Of a stretch of 64,000 nt of DNA, positions 16,054 through 32,949 are shown one piece after another. Within the stretch, counting starts at the first letter, position 1, and the number at the start of each line of letters is the position of its first letter. The position numbers and the translations under genes were made by a program. The notes beneath the pieces were generated by a model. It saw only the letters and a program-made list of their open reading frames with translations. It was not told where the DNA came from and did no database searches. Source of the DNA: the human T2T-CHM13v2.0 reference genome, Homo sapiens; the NCBI RefSeq assembly GCF_009914755.1, contig NC_060944.1, one strand, 5' to 3'.

Positions 16054-17306
16054 TTCTAGACAATCATTAAAAATCATTTCTAAAAAAAAGGGCTATGTCA
16101 ATATTTGAACCACATAAGTGATGGTATTTTACTTGGTGCTTGATTATATGTCTTCCCAATTTATAAGTTTCATCTGAGCAGTCCTTTCTTCTAACTAGAC
16201 CAAAAGCAGCTTAAAGTCACCTTCTTTAGTATTTCATAATATTTAGCATAGTGCCAGACACATAGTAAATACTTAATAAACACTTAATTGATCTGTCTTA
16301 AAGGAGGGATTCTTATTTCAAGCCATCTGTTTGATCTTTCATGTTTGGAACATATTCTCTCTAACAGAAAATGAATCAAAACTTTAGGATCGAAATAAAT
16401 GGCCTTGATCCTCAAGTGGTTCATGTGGTTAAAAACAAAAAAGAAAAGGACCTATAACTCTAAAATAATTCGTGAAATGTTTATTCTTAGGAAATAATAT
16501 TTTTCTGGTACTTTGTTTACAACAATAAAGAAACAGTATCTTCAGTTTAATACAGTCTGTAATTTTTTTTTGCCTGGCTCTCACTTAATACACCCAAATA
16601 GCAGCATAAGAAACACATTGCAATGAATTCACACACCACCATGATAACTTAAAAAATGCTTTGTTCTTGTTGTCATCATGAGGTCATTTAAATCTCTTGC
16701 CACAGATCACAGCTGTTTATGTTCTAAGTTCTTAAAAATATGCCCATCCCAGAAGCCTCTTGGCATAAGTACGAGAACATTCTTCAGAGACAGTTTTAGC
16801 CTCTGAGAGCAGCCACTATGTGACTGAAAAACAACTTCATTGTAACTGCTTTTAGTTTTGCACAAATTTGTTTAAAAAATTTTAAGTGCATATCCAAGGA
16901 CTTCTGAATTAGTTAAAAATAACATCAATAATCCTACAAATAAGGGGCAAAAACATCTTTCACAGCCAACCACAAACATAGATGACTCAATTATGACAAT
17001 AATAATTTAAGCACAATCCATTCAGAATTATTCTGGCAGTTTGCATACATATAAAAATATTTTTAAATATCCTTGCAAAACACACAAAAATAAGAGTATA
17101 CATTCTGCCTACCTTATTCATTTGAAATATCTGAAAAGTCTTCAAAGGGCAGGAGATGAACAACTTAAAATAACTCCACTAGGTACTATAATCGGCTTTG
17201 GTTATAAAAACAAAATGTATATTTAAACATTTCTGATATAGGCTGAAACCAGCACTCTTTATTTAAACCTGACTCTGTAACACTCAATTCCAAAAGTAGC
17301 TTTTAA

Positions 17307-17675
<369 letters not shown>

Positions 17676-18027
17676 TAAGGATTTTTAGAGGAAAACCACT
17701 GGCCATGCCCTGAGGAACAGTGTCATCAAAGACACTCCTTCAAACTCTCCACCCCAATGGTGTAGGGAGAAGGAAGGACACATTCACTCACATAACAGGG
17801 GTCACAGGATATTTGGTCCAGATAAGTAAACGGGATCTTTGCCAGGGCCATTTTTTCCTCCTTGGTAAAGTAGGGTGACTATGTGCATAGGATATCCTTA
17901 AAGCATATTGGATAAGCCAAGTGATCAATCTTTCAAATAAAACATATGAAGATCTGAAGTGTTTTGAACTTGGTTCAGGATCTTACAATTTCTTGTATGA
18001 ACTTCTGTAAATCCCTCTCTCCTAAAC

Positions 18028-18407
<380 letters not shown>

Positions 18408-19589
18408 TAAAAATTATTATTAATGGGTATCTCTCTTAACAGGTTGCAAGCTCCATGAGGGCAAAGGTCATAGCCTGTTTTTCTCTTGCTGGTAACTCTA
18501 GCGGCCAGTGAAAGGTGTGACATACAGCACGCACCTTATAAATGTCTGCTGAATAAAGAAGCAAATAAAAGAAAAAAATGAGTCAAATTTGTTCCCAACC
18601 TTACAGACTAGGAACAACAATGCTTAAAATTAAAAAGTAAAATAACTAGCCTTGTGAACAATAGTAAATAGCAAAAATGACCAATCAGGCAGAGCCAACA
18701 AATACTCTTTGGGTGCACTTAACACTATGAGAATAGTGTTATACAGAAACACAGTCATAAGGATAATAAGGATGAGGGTACAGGAAGCTGCTTAGATAGG
18801 CAATTGCTTCTTATATAACCCTCAATTCTATATCTTCCAAAACATTCAGTGAAGCATCCATAGAAAATATGCCCAAAGTATGTGATCAATGAACACGTTT
18901 TTTTTTGTTGCTGATTGTCTAAAAGCTATTTAACTGGGTAGAAATTGCTTTACATTTGTCTTGAATTTGAGCTTATCATACTCTTCTTCCAAATCGCCTT
19001 TTACTCTCCCTTGAAATGATGTCTTCCACTTACAATCATATTTAGTTTACTGTAAATCAAGCTGCCCCTGCTTCTTAGAATCAAATATTCTTAAAAGCTA
19101 ACTTCAAATACAAAACAACATTTGGGCCTCATTAGGGAGCTATTGTTTCCTGTATTTGCCTGTACTTTATTTGTATGTTTTCTTTGTCTTTCAAGTAGTT
19201 TGTAATCACAATGTACACAATATCAAGCTATCCTAGTACTGATAAACTAAAATTCTGGCCAAGTCTGGTGAAGTCATTCTGCTAATTAGTTTACGGCAAA
19301 GAAGACTGAAGAACTACTTGTTCTATTGTTATTTTTATACATGTTTATGGACAAGGTCAAAAATAAATGAAAACTTTTAGATGTAAGAAAACAAAAGGAA
19401 TTTCTTGGAATCCAGTCACAGTAAGAAAGTTCAAAAAAAAAAAAAAAAGAAAGCTCAAACGGAAATATCAAACTAGATTAGAAGCAAGGAGTTTTCCTTG
19501 GGGACAAACACTGATCTGCTATGGTCTTATATGGATCTTTGGTTGTAATGGGTTGCTGGCCAAGAAGCCAGCACACAGAGTTTGAAGCC

Positions 19590-20460
19590 TGATCACGGTG
19601 GGAGGTCCCAGCAGAGACCACTACATTAAGCCAAGATGCTTAAGGGTGCTCTCAGTGGGTGATGTCCCTTCCCCCACAAATCAGAGAGAACACATGCCTG
19701 TTTGGGCTTTGGTTATGGGCAGAAAGAGGGAAGTAAAAATACATTTTTCCCCCATAGATTTATAACCACAAACCCCTGGGTTTGTGGCTGGAATTCACAC
19801 TACTTGTGTGGCCCAAAATAATCCAATCCAAAAACTCAGCTTCAATTGGTGTTGGATTGGAAGTGCCCTCAGGCATCTGGCAAATATTTTTTAAAAGAAG
19901 TACTTTTGACACAGGCTTCTGCAATTCCCTTAGGTAAAGAAAGATTCAAGAACAATGAGATCACAATCAAACTTCACAGAAACAAACTATAAGAACCATA
20001 AAGACTATGAATATTGGAATTATCAGATACAAAATATATATCAGCACTTTTAAAAAACAAAAGAAGAAATTAAAAGATCAGACTAACAAAAGGATAAGAC
20101 TAGAAAAAAAATAAACAGCACACTAGACAGAGGTAAAGAAAGAATTAATGAACTGAAAAACAAAAGTGAAGAAATTACCCAGCACGTTGTAGAGATTCAA
20201 AGGGATGGAAAATATGAGTTATCAGATTCAGAGTTAGAATGTACTACACATATTAAACAGGATTTCCAGAAGGAGAAAACAGAGAAGATTGGGAAAATGT
20301 AATATTCTAAGAGAAAATGGTGGAAAAGTTTTCAGAACTAACAAAAGATGATAATCTTCAGTATTTTGGGTATTTAATTCCAAGCAAGATTAAAGCTAAC
20401 AAGCAAAAAATGACCTACATCAGAGTGCAACTCTAGAACACCTAAAATATGTTAAAAGCC
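19590..20460 (+). mobile_element. Ancient L1M 5'/ORF1 relic
   Basis: A-rich; aaagaattaatgaactgaaaaac...gaagaaattaccc...ttccagaaggagaaaac resembles L1 ORF1. Confidence 0.5.
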
Positions 20461-21794
20461 AGGTACCCAAGACAACACTGTAGAGCAAGACCACATCTCT
20501 CCTGACAGGATTCAAAAGTGGGCCCTGAGGTATTAAAATACTTGTTCTTTAGTCACACTGGCTTCCTGACTTGCACAGGAGTCAAGAGGAAGTCTTGTGA
20601 GCTCACAGTAAAATTGCCCCTTCCCAGAAAGAGGCTAAGACGGGGACTGGCTTGGTGCATCCAAGATAATAGCCAATACCCTTCCCTCCCTAATCCTCAA
20701 TATTCACAGCCTCACTATCACAATCTGCCCCCAGGAATCATCCCACCAGGAATAATCTATTTATGCCTTTTCTCCCTATTCATTTTGGTCACTGCAAAAA
20801 GCCCCTAATCATCTTGTCCCCCTAATATCCCATGTTCTCATCCCCAGAAGGTAACAATACATCAATTCTTCTGCCCCATTCCCTGCCAACTCTCTATCAC
20901 TAAATTCTGTGGAACTCACAGTACATCATCAGCAGAATCTCATTATATCTCTGAGCATTTTCTTTATCTTGTTCTAACTGAAACCTGGCTCTCCACCAAG
21001 GATACCACATACTACAGTCCTTTCAATTGTTGCTTTTGGTTTGCATTTTAGTTCATTTTCTTCACAGAACCCCATACAAGCTGGCCTACAGGTGGGCTAG
21101 ATGTGGTGGTCGTTAATGTTCTTCATCCAGTTTTCTGAAGTGTGGTACTGGTCTAGGGATAGGCAGACGAACTGACCAGTAAAACACAGAGCCAAGCAAC
21201 AAACCCACAGTTCTGAAACTCTGGTACATGAGAGGTGACATGTCACATTACTAGAGGAAAGGAGAGATTATTCAACAAATGGAACAAGATAAAAAAGATT
21301 TTCTATATGGCACAAGATAAAATCAGGTCCCTACCTCATATTAAAAAAAACAACTCAAGGACTTAAATGTCCCAAACCTTACATCTTTTAGTAAAAAATC
21401 AAAGGGAACATTCTTCTCATCTGGACAAAAAAGAGTTTCTTAGATAAAACAGCAAATATTAACTATAAAAGATAAATCTGACAATATTAAAATCAAGTAT
21501 TCTTGTTCATTAGATGACAGAAGAAAGTGGGAGAAGAGAGGAATTACAAATTAGAAGATATTAGCTGTCTTATACAAGACAAAGGATCAGTATCAGAAGT
21601 AAATAAAGAGCTGCTAAAAGCCAACAGGAAAAGCACAAACAGTACAACAGAAAAATGGCCAAAAAACATCTATTAGTATTTCACAGAGAAGGAAACACAT
21701 GTTCAATCTCATTGGTGACAAGAGAAATGCAAATCAAGTACTGCTGGTGGAAATGTCAAGTAATATCACCACCCTTATAAAGTTCAACATTCAT

Positions 21795-22197
<403 letters not shown>

Positions 22198-22815
22198 GTT
22201 CAACATTCATATACCTTATGACTCAGCAATTATACTCCTAACACAAATACCCAGAAAAACTTAAACGTGTACTAGGGGACATGCATAGAAATGTTCCTAA
22301 TGGCATGATTCATCATAGTAACACCTAAGAACAACTGAAATGTGACAGGAGTATGAATATACAAACTATAGTATAGAAGTTAAATGGATGACCTACAGCT
22401 ACACAAAATAAATCTTAGCAATATAATATTAAGTGAAAAAAAAATCAGTCCCAAAATGATTTAAAAGTATCCCAAACACACCCACACTTCCTCCCACATT
22501 AACAAAGTTAACAACTTTAATATCACAGATATGTGCAAATACCACCACAATTTTAGAACATTTTCATCTCTTCAAAAAGAAACCCTGTTCCCGCCCTCCC
22601 TCCTGTGGCAACCACTAGCCTACTTTCTGTCTCTATAGATTTCCCTGTTCTGGATACTTTTGATAAAATATGTGGTCTTGTTGACCATCTTCTTTCACTT
22701 AGCGTAGTATTTTCAAGGTTCATCTATGTTGTAGCATGTATCAGCACTTCATTCCTTTTTATGTACCCATTATCTCTTAAGAATATTTATAAGTTATATA
22801 AAACTATATACAATG

Positions 22816-23629
22816 TTCCAAAGAAGACATACAAATGGCCAACAGGTATATGAAAAGGTGCTCAACATCACGAGTATCAGAGATGCAAATCAAAACCATG
22901 ATGAGGTATTACCTCACACTTGCTAGGATGGGTATTTTAAAAAAGACAAGAGATAACAAATGCTGGTGAGGGTGTGTACACGGTTGGTGGGATTATAAAT
23001 TGGTACAGCTATTATGGAAAACAGCATGGAGGTTCCTCAAAAACTTAAAAACAGAACTACCATAAGATCCAGCAATCCCACTTCTGGGTATATATCCAAA
23101 GGAAATGAAATCAGTATCTTGAAGAGACATCTGAACCCCTATGTTCATTGCAGCATTATTCGCAATAACCAAGATAGGGAAACAACCTAAGTGTCCATCA
23201 GCAGATGAATTAATAAAGAAATAGTGGTACATATATACAACAAAATATTATTCAGCCACAAAAAGAAAATCCTGCCATTTGTGACAACACAGATGATCCT
23301 AGAGAACATATTATGTTCGGTGAAGGCAGACACAGAAAGATAAATACCTAGTAGAGTTCATTTATATGTGGAATCTAAAAAAGTCAAACTCAGAAGCAAA
23401 GAGTAAAACAATGGTTGCCAAGGGCTTTAGGGTGGGGAAAATAGGGAGATGGTCAAAAAATAGGAATGTTCAGTCACAAGATGAATAAGTTCTGGGATCT
23501 AGCGTACAGAATGGGTGGTGATGGATGTGTTAATATCACGTAGTAATCATTACACAATGAATATGTATATTAAATCATCACACTGTATAGCTTAAATATA
23601 TTCAATCTTTGTCAATTAAATATTTTTAA
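22816..23629 (+). mobile_element. L1MA-type 3' fragment (ORF2 end plus 3'UTR) nested in older L1
   Basis: aagaagacatacaaatggccaacagg...gatccagcaatcccacttctgggtatatatccaaa; 16-bp TSD aaaactatatacaatg (22800-22815, 23630-23645). Confidence 0.85.
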
Positions 23630-24169
23630 AAAACTATATACAATGGAAAGTAAATGAATAAATACTGAAATCTGGATAATGGTTTCCTCAAGTATGGAGT
23701 GGCAGGGGAGGATCAAACAGGTAAATATAAGTTATTGCAAGGTTCTAGCTTTCGTAGTGGGTGGTGGGTTCACTTATTCATTATAACAAACAAACAAACC
23801 AATCAATAAAAAGAGGCCCATGCCGGACCATTGATGAGAGACTGTCTTAATCTATAGATTATGATTACTCCAATTATGTACACCAGAGATACTTAAAAAT
23901 AAAGAGGTTAAGTTTAATGAATTTGACCATATCACACTTCTGTTCTTCAAAAGACACTATAAAGAAAGTAAAATCACAAACCAGGAAGAGACACCTGTAA
24001 AACACATTACTGATAAAAGACCAGCCCAGAATATATGAAGAACTCCTAGGAATCAGAATCAATAAGACAAAGAATACATGAATAGACATTCTACATATGA
24101 GGAAAAACAAACTGTTCCTCCTCATTAGTAACCAGGGAAATGCCTAAGTATTTCTTTAAAAACTGAAGT

Positions 24170-24745
24170 CAGGTGACATCATCTCCATTTCCCATCTCAC
24201 ACAGGGTGAAAGCTAAAGTCCACCCAGAGATGTAGAAAACCCTTTGTGATTTGGCTGCCTCTCTGACCTCATCTTCTGCTTTCCATACCCTGGCTAACTG
24301 TGTTCCAGCCACACTGGCCTCCTTATTATTCTTGGACACATCAGTAATGTTTCCCCCTCAGGGCGTTTGCATTTGTTGTTTCCTCTCCCTGAAATGCTCT
24401 TTCCTAGGATAACACATGGTGACTACTGTCATTTCCATTAGGTCTTTGCTGAAGTGTCACTGTAGCAGTGAAGCCTTCCCTGACTATCCAGTTTAAATTG
24501 CTACTCATTCCCAACCATAAACTTCCTATTCCCCATGTAGGCTTTAGGCTTTTGTTTCCACAAGCTTTAATCACCACCTGAGATTGCATATATTTTGCCT
24601 ATTTGTTTACTAACTTCTCTCCCTCCCCAGGCCACACACAATAGACTGCAGAGCCCATTGAAGGCCTGGACCTTTGTCTATTCTGTTCAATACTCTATGA
24701 CAAGAACAGAGTCTGGTATACAGTAGGAACTCTCAATATCTGGGA
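24170..24745 (+). mobile_element. L2 relic
   Basis: ccagccacactggcctcctt...cctcagggcgtttgcatttgttgtttcctctccctgaaatgctctt. Confidence 0.55.
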
Positions 24746-25154
24746 ATACACATATTAAAACCATGAGACACCATTACTTATGTACTCAAATGGCAAAAAT
24801 GAAAAAGCCTGATAATATCAGTTAAAGGTAACGATAAAGAGCTATGGGAACTCACACTACTGGTGAGAGTATAAGATGGCACAAGCATTTGGGAAAACAC
24901 ATGACCTAGTAGAGGTAATTACGAGCATGTTACAACCAAGAAATTCTACATGTATCCAAGAAATTCCATGCGTATCTTCGTGATACATCCAAGAATATTC
25001 ACAAAGGCACTGTTTCATAACAGAAATAAAGTATAATAATGAGCAATAGAACAGATACATTGTGATAAGTTATACAATGGAATTCTCTGTAGCCATGAAA
25101 ATGAATGAACCATATACACATATATGGATATGGCTAACTCTCAAAAATAGAATG

Positions 25155-25476
<322 letters not shown>

Positions 25477-25671
25477 TAAAAAGGCAAATGACAAGAATAC
25501 ACAGAGGATGCTTTTATAAAGTTCAAAATTAACAAAACTACAAAATAGACTATTAGGAATAGATGTATCTGCGGTAAAACTATATAGAAAAGAAAAAGAA
25601 TGACTAATACATAACTGGGAAGTCACACAGAGGACTGCAGACACTGGTAATGTCTGTGGCTGTATGTGTTC

Positions 25672-25973
25672 ATTTTATTTTTATTATTTGACACAGAGTC
25701 TCGCTCTGTCACCCAGACTGGAATGTAGTAGCATGTGATCTCAGATCACTGCAACCTCCACCTCCTGGGCTCAAGAGATTCTCAAGCCTCAGCCACCCAA
25801 GTAGCTGGGATTATAGGTGTGTGCCACCATGCCTGGCTAACTTCTGTATTTTTATTAGAGATGGGGTTTCACCATATTGGCCAGGCTGGTCTTGAACTCT
25901 TGGCCTCAAGTGATCTGCCTGTCTTGGCCTCCCAAAGTGTTGGGATTACAGTTGTGAGCCACCATGCCCAGCC
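25672..25973 (-). mobile_element. AluJb-like
   Basis: Full diverged Alu. Confidence 0.9.
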
Positions 25974-26986
25974 CATTTTATTTTTCTTTAAACTGTAAAT
26001 ACACACTTTAATATATAAATATATACACACATAGTATTTCTTTAATCTATGACTTTTTCCCCACAATGAAGTATAAGCATTTTTTAAAAGACAGTAAAAG
26101 AATGTTCACCCTTTGACAACTGTGTGCTAAACAGCTTTCACCTGCCTCTTTGTCAGTTACTCCCCATCAAAATGATAACTTAAACCTAAATTTTCTGACT
26201 TTGAGGCCTCTATGCTCTTTCTGTAATCACAATAAACTGTTAATGCTATCCCAAATTTCATTATAAGCAGGCCCTACAGACTGCATTTGAAAAATCCACC
26301 TGTAAACTGGTGGCTTGACATTCAAGGGTGCCTAATCATTTTCTTCCCTGGAAGAGTTTCCTGTCCACAGAAGCTATGAATATAGAAGGATATACTGAGG
26401 CTGGGGTACAACCTAAACAGCATTTCTAAGTCAATTTCAAACACTTCTTTGTTATAAAAAACAGAAATCATAAACATTTCAACTTCCCTAGCATTCCAAT
26501 ATTTAAAAACATTTATAACAGTCACAACTAAATTCAAACTTGATTTTTCTTCTTGCAATCTAAATATTTTCTTCCATATTTATTAGGGTGAGTTTATATA
26601 AGTTAACCATAATTCCTCTACTTTTAAAAAGACTTTCCAAATAACTACTAAGAAAGCAGTACCTTCCCAACCATTTTCCTACATGGTAGACACAATGACA
26701 ATGTTTGTACAGCAAGATAGAGAAAACGGAGGAAGCAACCAGAGAAGAAAACAGCCTAGGGGCTCTGGTGGGCCTAAGGATGAAAGGGATCAAGATTGTG
26801 GCTAATTTGTCATCCACTGGTGGTACGCTGGTTGGGAATCCTTGAAACAGAGTAATCCTTTAAGGTTTACTCTTTCAACTTTTGTATTTGTAATTAACTG
26901 GCTACTTCATTGGCAGTGTCCTTTACGCAGTATTTGAAAGAGTATACCAGAGAAAAATGAGTTGTATATTAAAAAAAAAAAAACAG

Positions 26987-27325
<339 letters not shown>

Positions 27326-27378
27326 TATAGAATGAGGGTAATAGAGAATCAAAATAATATTAACATTTAGGACTTCAA

Positions 27379-27844
27379 TAGTCACATGTCAGCTAATGAT
27401 GGAACACTTTCTGAGAAATGTGTTAGGCATTTTTATTGTTGTGCAAACATTAAAATAGAGTATACTTACATAAACCTAGATGGTGTGTAGCTTACCACAC
27501 ACCTAGGCTAATGTTAAGACCTTTTTATCATTGTGTGAACATCGTAATAGAGTATACTTATACAAACCTAGATGTTATAGCTTATTACACACCTAGGTTA
27601 CATGGTATGACCTATTGCTCCTAGGCTACAAACCTGTACAGCATGTTACTATACTGAATGCTGTAGGCAATTGTAACACAATAGTAGTATTTGTGTATCT
27701 AAACATAAAAAAGGCAATGTGTTGTGCAAAAATATGACAGCACTAGTTGATAAGAACTTTTCAGCTGCACTATAACTCTTATGGGACCACTGTTGTGTAT
27801 GCAGTCCACTGTTGACTGAAATGTCGTTATACAGGGTATGACTG
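27379..27844 (-). mobile_element. Tigger3/MER7-family element with an internal ~90-bp duplication
   Basis: ctaggctacaaacctgtacagcatgttact...atgggaccac...gttgactgaaatgtcgttat...atgactg. Confidence 0.8.
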
Positions 27845-28109
27845 CATTTTCCATAGCTTGCCTTATAAAGCTCTATTTCTATTCTTGTCAGTTCTCTGAT
27901 GACAGAATCTACGAAAAATCTGTGACAGTTCTTCTGTCTCCTAGTTTTGTGATCTTAAGCAAGTCTATGCTTCAGTTTTTCTCTCCTGCAAATGGGGTAC
28001 TAACCACCTTGAAGAACTTAATGTAGTATTGTGTGTGAAGCATCTAGAATAGTTCCTGATACAGCACAAGCATCCAATAAGTGCAAACTTCCCCTTCCTC
28101 CCTCAAAGG

Positions 28110-28250
28110 ATATATATACACATATATATACATATACACATATATATACACATATATACATATATATACATATATACACATATATACACATATACACATA
28201 TATATACATATATACACATATATATACACATATATATATACACATATATA

Positions 28251-28300
<50 letters not shown>
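28110..28300. repeat. Compound (TA)n/(CATA)n/(TG)n microsatellite in an Alu tail
   Basis: ~190 bp of alternating purine-pyrimidine sequence. Confidence 0.95.
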
Positions 28301-28302
<2 letters not shown>

Positions 28303-28591
28303 TTTTTTTTGAGATGGAGTGTTGCTCTGTTCCCCAGGCTGGAGTGCAGTGGCGCGATCTTGGCTCACTGCAACCTCCACTCCGAGGTTCACGCCATTCT
28401 GCTGCCTCAGCCTCCTGAGTAGCTGGGACTACAGGCACCCGCCACTAGGCCGGCTAATTTTTTTTGTATTTTTTAGTAGAGACAGGGTTTCACGTGTTAG
28501 CCAGGATGGTCTCGATCTCCTGACCTCGTGATCCGCCCACCTCAGCCTCCCAAAGTGCTGGGATTACAGGCGTGAGCCACCATGCCCAGCC
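28301..28591 (-). mobile_element. AluY-like
   Basis: TSD cctcaaaggatat encloses both the Alu and the microsatellite. Confidence 0.92.
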
Positions 28592-28743
28592 CCTCAAAGG
28601 ATATTTTAAAATGTAATTCTTCTGGATCAAAATTATGCATCTAAGAATTAAATTTTTAAAATTCCCCTGTTTACAGCAATGGGATCCTAAAATAAAATAT
28701 ATTTTATGATGCTCTAAGCTGACAATGCTTAGGAAAAGTCTGA

Positions 28744-29203
<460 letters not shown>

Positions 29204-29254
29204 TAAATAATTTTACAGATAAAAGTTTTCCACATCACTGAATGGGTAGATTGA

Positions 29255-29572
<318 letters not shown>

Positions 29573-29924
29573 GGGTATATCTTTTGATAGCTCATTTGAT
29601 TACAGCTATCCCACTACCCACCCTCAGTAAAGATTAAATTGAGGAAGGAAAGTACCCTCTCACTCCCACACAAAACCAGCAGATTCAGTTTGCACAGCCA
29701 CCAGTTAAAGCCATAGGAGTTTTTACTGGCTTCACCACAGACCTCAATTCCGAAAATTACCATTGCATATTGCATACAGTGAGCAACTGTCTACAACAGT
29801 CTAACTGAAAAGACATTGAGAAAGGCTGCAAATCTTTCAGAGGACAGAAAATGGCAATATGGTCCCAGAGTGAGATTAAATTTTGTATCAAACCAAAGAT
29901 CTACAGAGAAGTACTTATGCCCTA

Positions 29925-30260
<336 letters not shown>

Positions 30261-30401
30261 TTACTTGGCTCCAAAACCTGAACCTATGGTAGGAATCAGA
30301 TTATATTTTGTGTATAATTTTATCAGTATTTCTGAGCTTTCAAAAGTTAAACAATAAAAAGTTCTCCAGTTGGCACAACAAATTAATACAATCCTTTCAA
30401 A

Positions 30402-30700
30402 AAGCAGGGCATGGTGGCTCATGCCTGCAATTCCAGCGCTTTGGGAGGCCAAGGAGGGAGGACAGCTTGAGGCCAGGATTTTGAAGCCAGCCTGAGCAAT
30501 GTAGTAAGAGCCTGGCTCTACAAACAATAAAAAATGAACTAGGTAGACATAGTGGCACACACCTGTGGCCCTAGATGCCTGGGAGGCTGAGGCAGGAGGA
30601 TCGCTTGAGCCCATGAATGAGTCATGATCGAACCACTGCATTTCAGCCTGGGCAACAGAACAAGACCTTGTCTCTTAAAAAGATAAATAAATAAATAACA
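30402..30700 (+). mobile_element. AluJ
   Basis: Diverged Alu. Confidence 0.88.
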
Positions 30701-31427
30701 CCTGAGAAGAGACACGAAGATGCTATACTCAAAAACGTATCTGTGAGAAAATGTAATAAAAGGTTATTATGTTATCCATTTAGCAAAACTTTATGAAGAA
30801 CCTACAGCATAACATCAGGGCCCAACTTTTCAATTTTGCAATAATGAAACTGATGAAAGCAAGTAGTATGAGTGAGTTCTGTCAAAATAACACACGGAAC
30901 ATGTGCAACGAAAAGTGACAGCTTACTAGCCAGACAGTTAGAATACAGATAGAATAATGAAGGACAACCACAAATAGAATAGCGAAAGTTTTGCTTTCCA
31001 GACCAAAGAATTCACAACTTCAAACAAATCAGCATAGCTGTGGGCTATGGGAAAACAATACATGTGACAAGTTTTCTTTTCTTGAGCTCACTTGTGGCAG
31101 ATTGCAAGTTTAAGGCATAGTTATAAAAAGAAAAAAAAGGTATTAACAGTATAGTCTAGAAACGGTGGCTACACATGCAAACAGCGGGAAGGACTGTATT
31201 AACAGAATCATTCTAGATCTTTGCAACCAGAGGATCTTGCTGATTTACATATTTTAACTGGAATCCTGTGCACAGATGGGGGGGGGAACCAGATCAATTA
31301 ACCTGAAACTTCATAAGGCATTGCAATTTTAGCACTTTCTGAAACTACTAGTAGAAAAATATCCTTGCTTTTTGAGTTAAATCTTTTTAAAAAGCTTCTT
31401 GGAAAGTCTCTTTTTAAAAATTAAATC

Positions 31428-31740
31428 GGCTGGGCGTGGTGGCTCATGCCTGTAATCCCAGCACTTTGGGAGGCTGAGGTGGGTGGATCACAAGGTCAAG
31501 AGATCGGCCAGCCAACATGGTGAAACCCTGTCTCTACAAAAAATACAAAAATTAGCTGGGCGTAGTGGCCCACGCCTGTAGTCCCAGCTACTCAGGAGGC
31601 TGAGGCAGGAGAACCACTTGAACCTACGAGGCGGAGGTTGCAGTGAGCCAAGATAGCACCACTGCACTCCAGCCCAGGCGACAGAAGAAGGTCTCAAAAT
31701 AAATAAATAAAATAAAATAAAAATAAAAATAACAATAAAT
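31428..31740 (+). mobile_element. AluSc-like
   Basis: Full Alu with a small deletion. Confidence 0.9.
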
Positions 31741-32949
31741 CAATATTATTAAGAGAGAAAACAGTCTATCAAATAATTCAAGAAGCACTGAGAAAATTAC
31801 CAGCAATCACATGGAGGAAATGTATTAGCATCATTTTTAGATAACTCTTAAGTGCTTCTCATTTTTATTACACATTTCAAACATGACTCCAATCTTTTTG
31901 CACAGTATGAAGTTATAGCTTATTACCTTACAAACGCCTCATAGTCAACCTGTTAACTGGATGATTCAAGGAAGGAGCTCACGCTTAGGTTTTAAAATTT
32001 TAGCCACTTACCAGCTGTGTGACTTCGTACAAGTTACAAGAGTGCACTGTGACCTGGTTTCCTCCCCACCACCAAAATCTGAGGCAAACTACAAATTCTT
32101 TTAGCTTATTTTTAAGTTCAGGTTTTCCATTTAATGCCCTCTTCTATACTCGATTCAAAATTTTAAACATCTGGTTATTTTAAAAGTTCTGGCCAAAAAA
32201 AATTTTTCTGAATATATTTCAAATAATGAGCACATTGGCAATAAATGAAAATGGAGCCAAAACTAAACAGTGAACAGGTTTTGAGACATCTAAAAATTAA
32301 AATGCTTGAAACTGGGCTGCCTAACAAAATGAATGCCCAACTAATTCAAAAACATTTTTACTTCTAAATAAAAAGAATGAATAATACAATGGCCACATAT
32401 GCATGTCACTGATGTCTCTGTTTAAGCTACTCAGTGGAACAACTGAACAGAGAAATGGAGATAAAATAAATGTGGCAGGGGAGGACGAAGGATAAAGAAC
32501 AGATACCAGAATAAAAATGAAATTACAACTGTGAAGAGTGGAGGAGGAAAAAGCAGAACAAAGGAAGAGCTACACCCCTACTCCATGCCCAAGGAATAGG
32601 AGTCAAAAAGGGACTCCTCTTGCTGTGTGAGACAGTAAGAGAAGTCCTTGCCAGCGTGAGACAGTAAGGGGCACCTCTAGTTTTCTGGTTTCCATGTCTC
32701 CTTCCCAAGAGTAAGTATTCTAGAACTCTGTGTGCTCCTGCCAAGATATCCCAATGACATTCACATCCCTACCACTATGAAAGCTTTAAGACGATCAAAA
32801 CTAATCTCAAAATCCCTTTATTCATACTTAAATCTGCCACCACATGAAGTTTACAATTTCCAAATCATTCCTTCTCCCAAAACAATGCCGAACATCCTCA
32901 ATGACTAAAGCCGTTCTACTCACTAGTCAGTTATTAGTCATTAACAAAA

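Noticed and set aside
28018-28438. Tyr/Ile/His/Thr-rich ORFs on both strands
   Set aside because: Artefact of the stop-poor TA/CA microsatellite.
32000-32025. CTG|GTAAGT donor-like site
   Set aside because: Part of the standard MIR consensus, with no convincing upstream acceptor.
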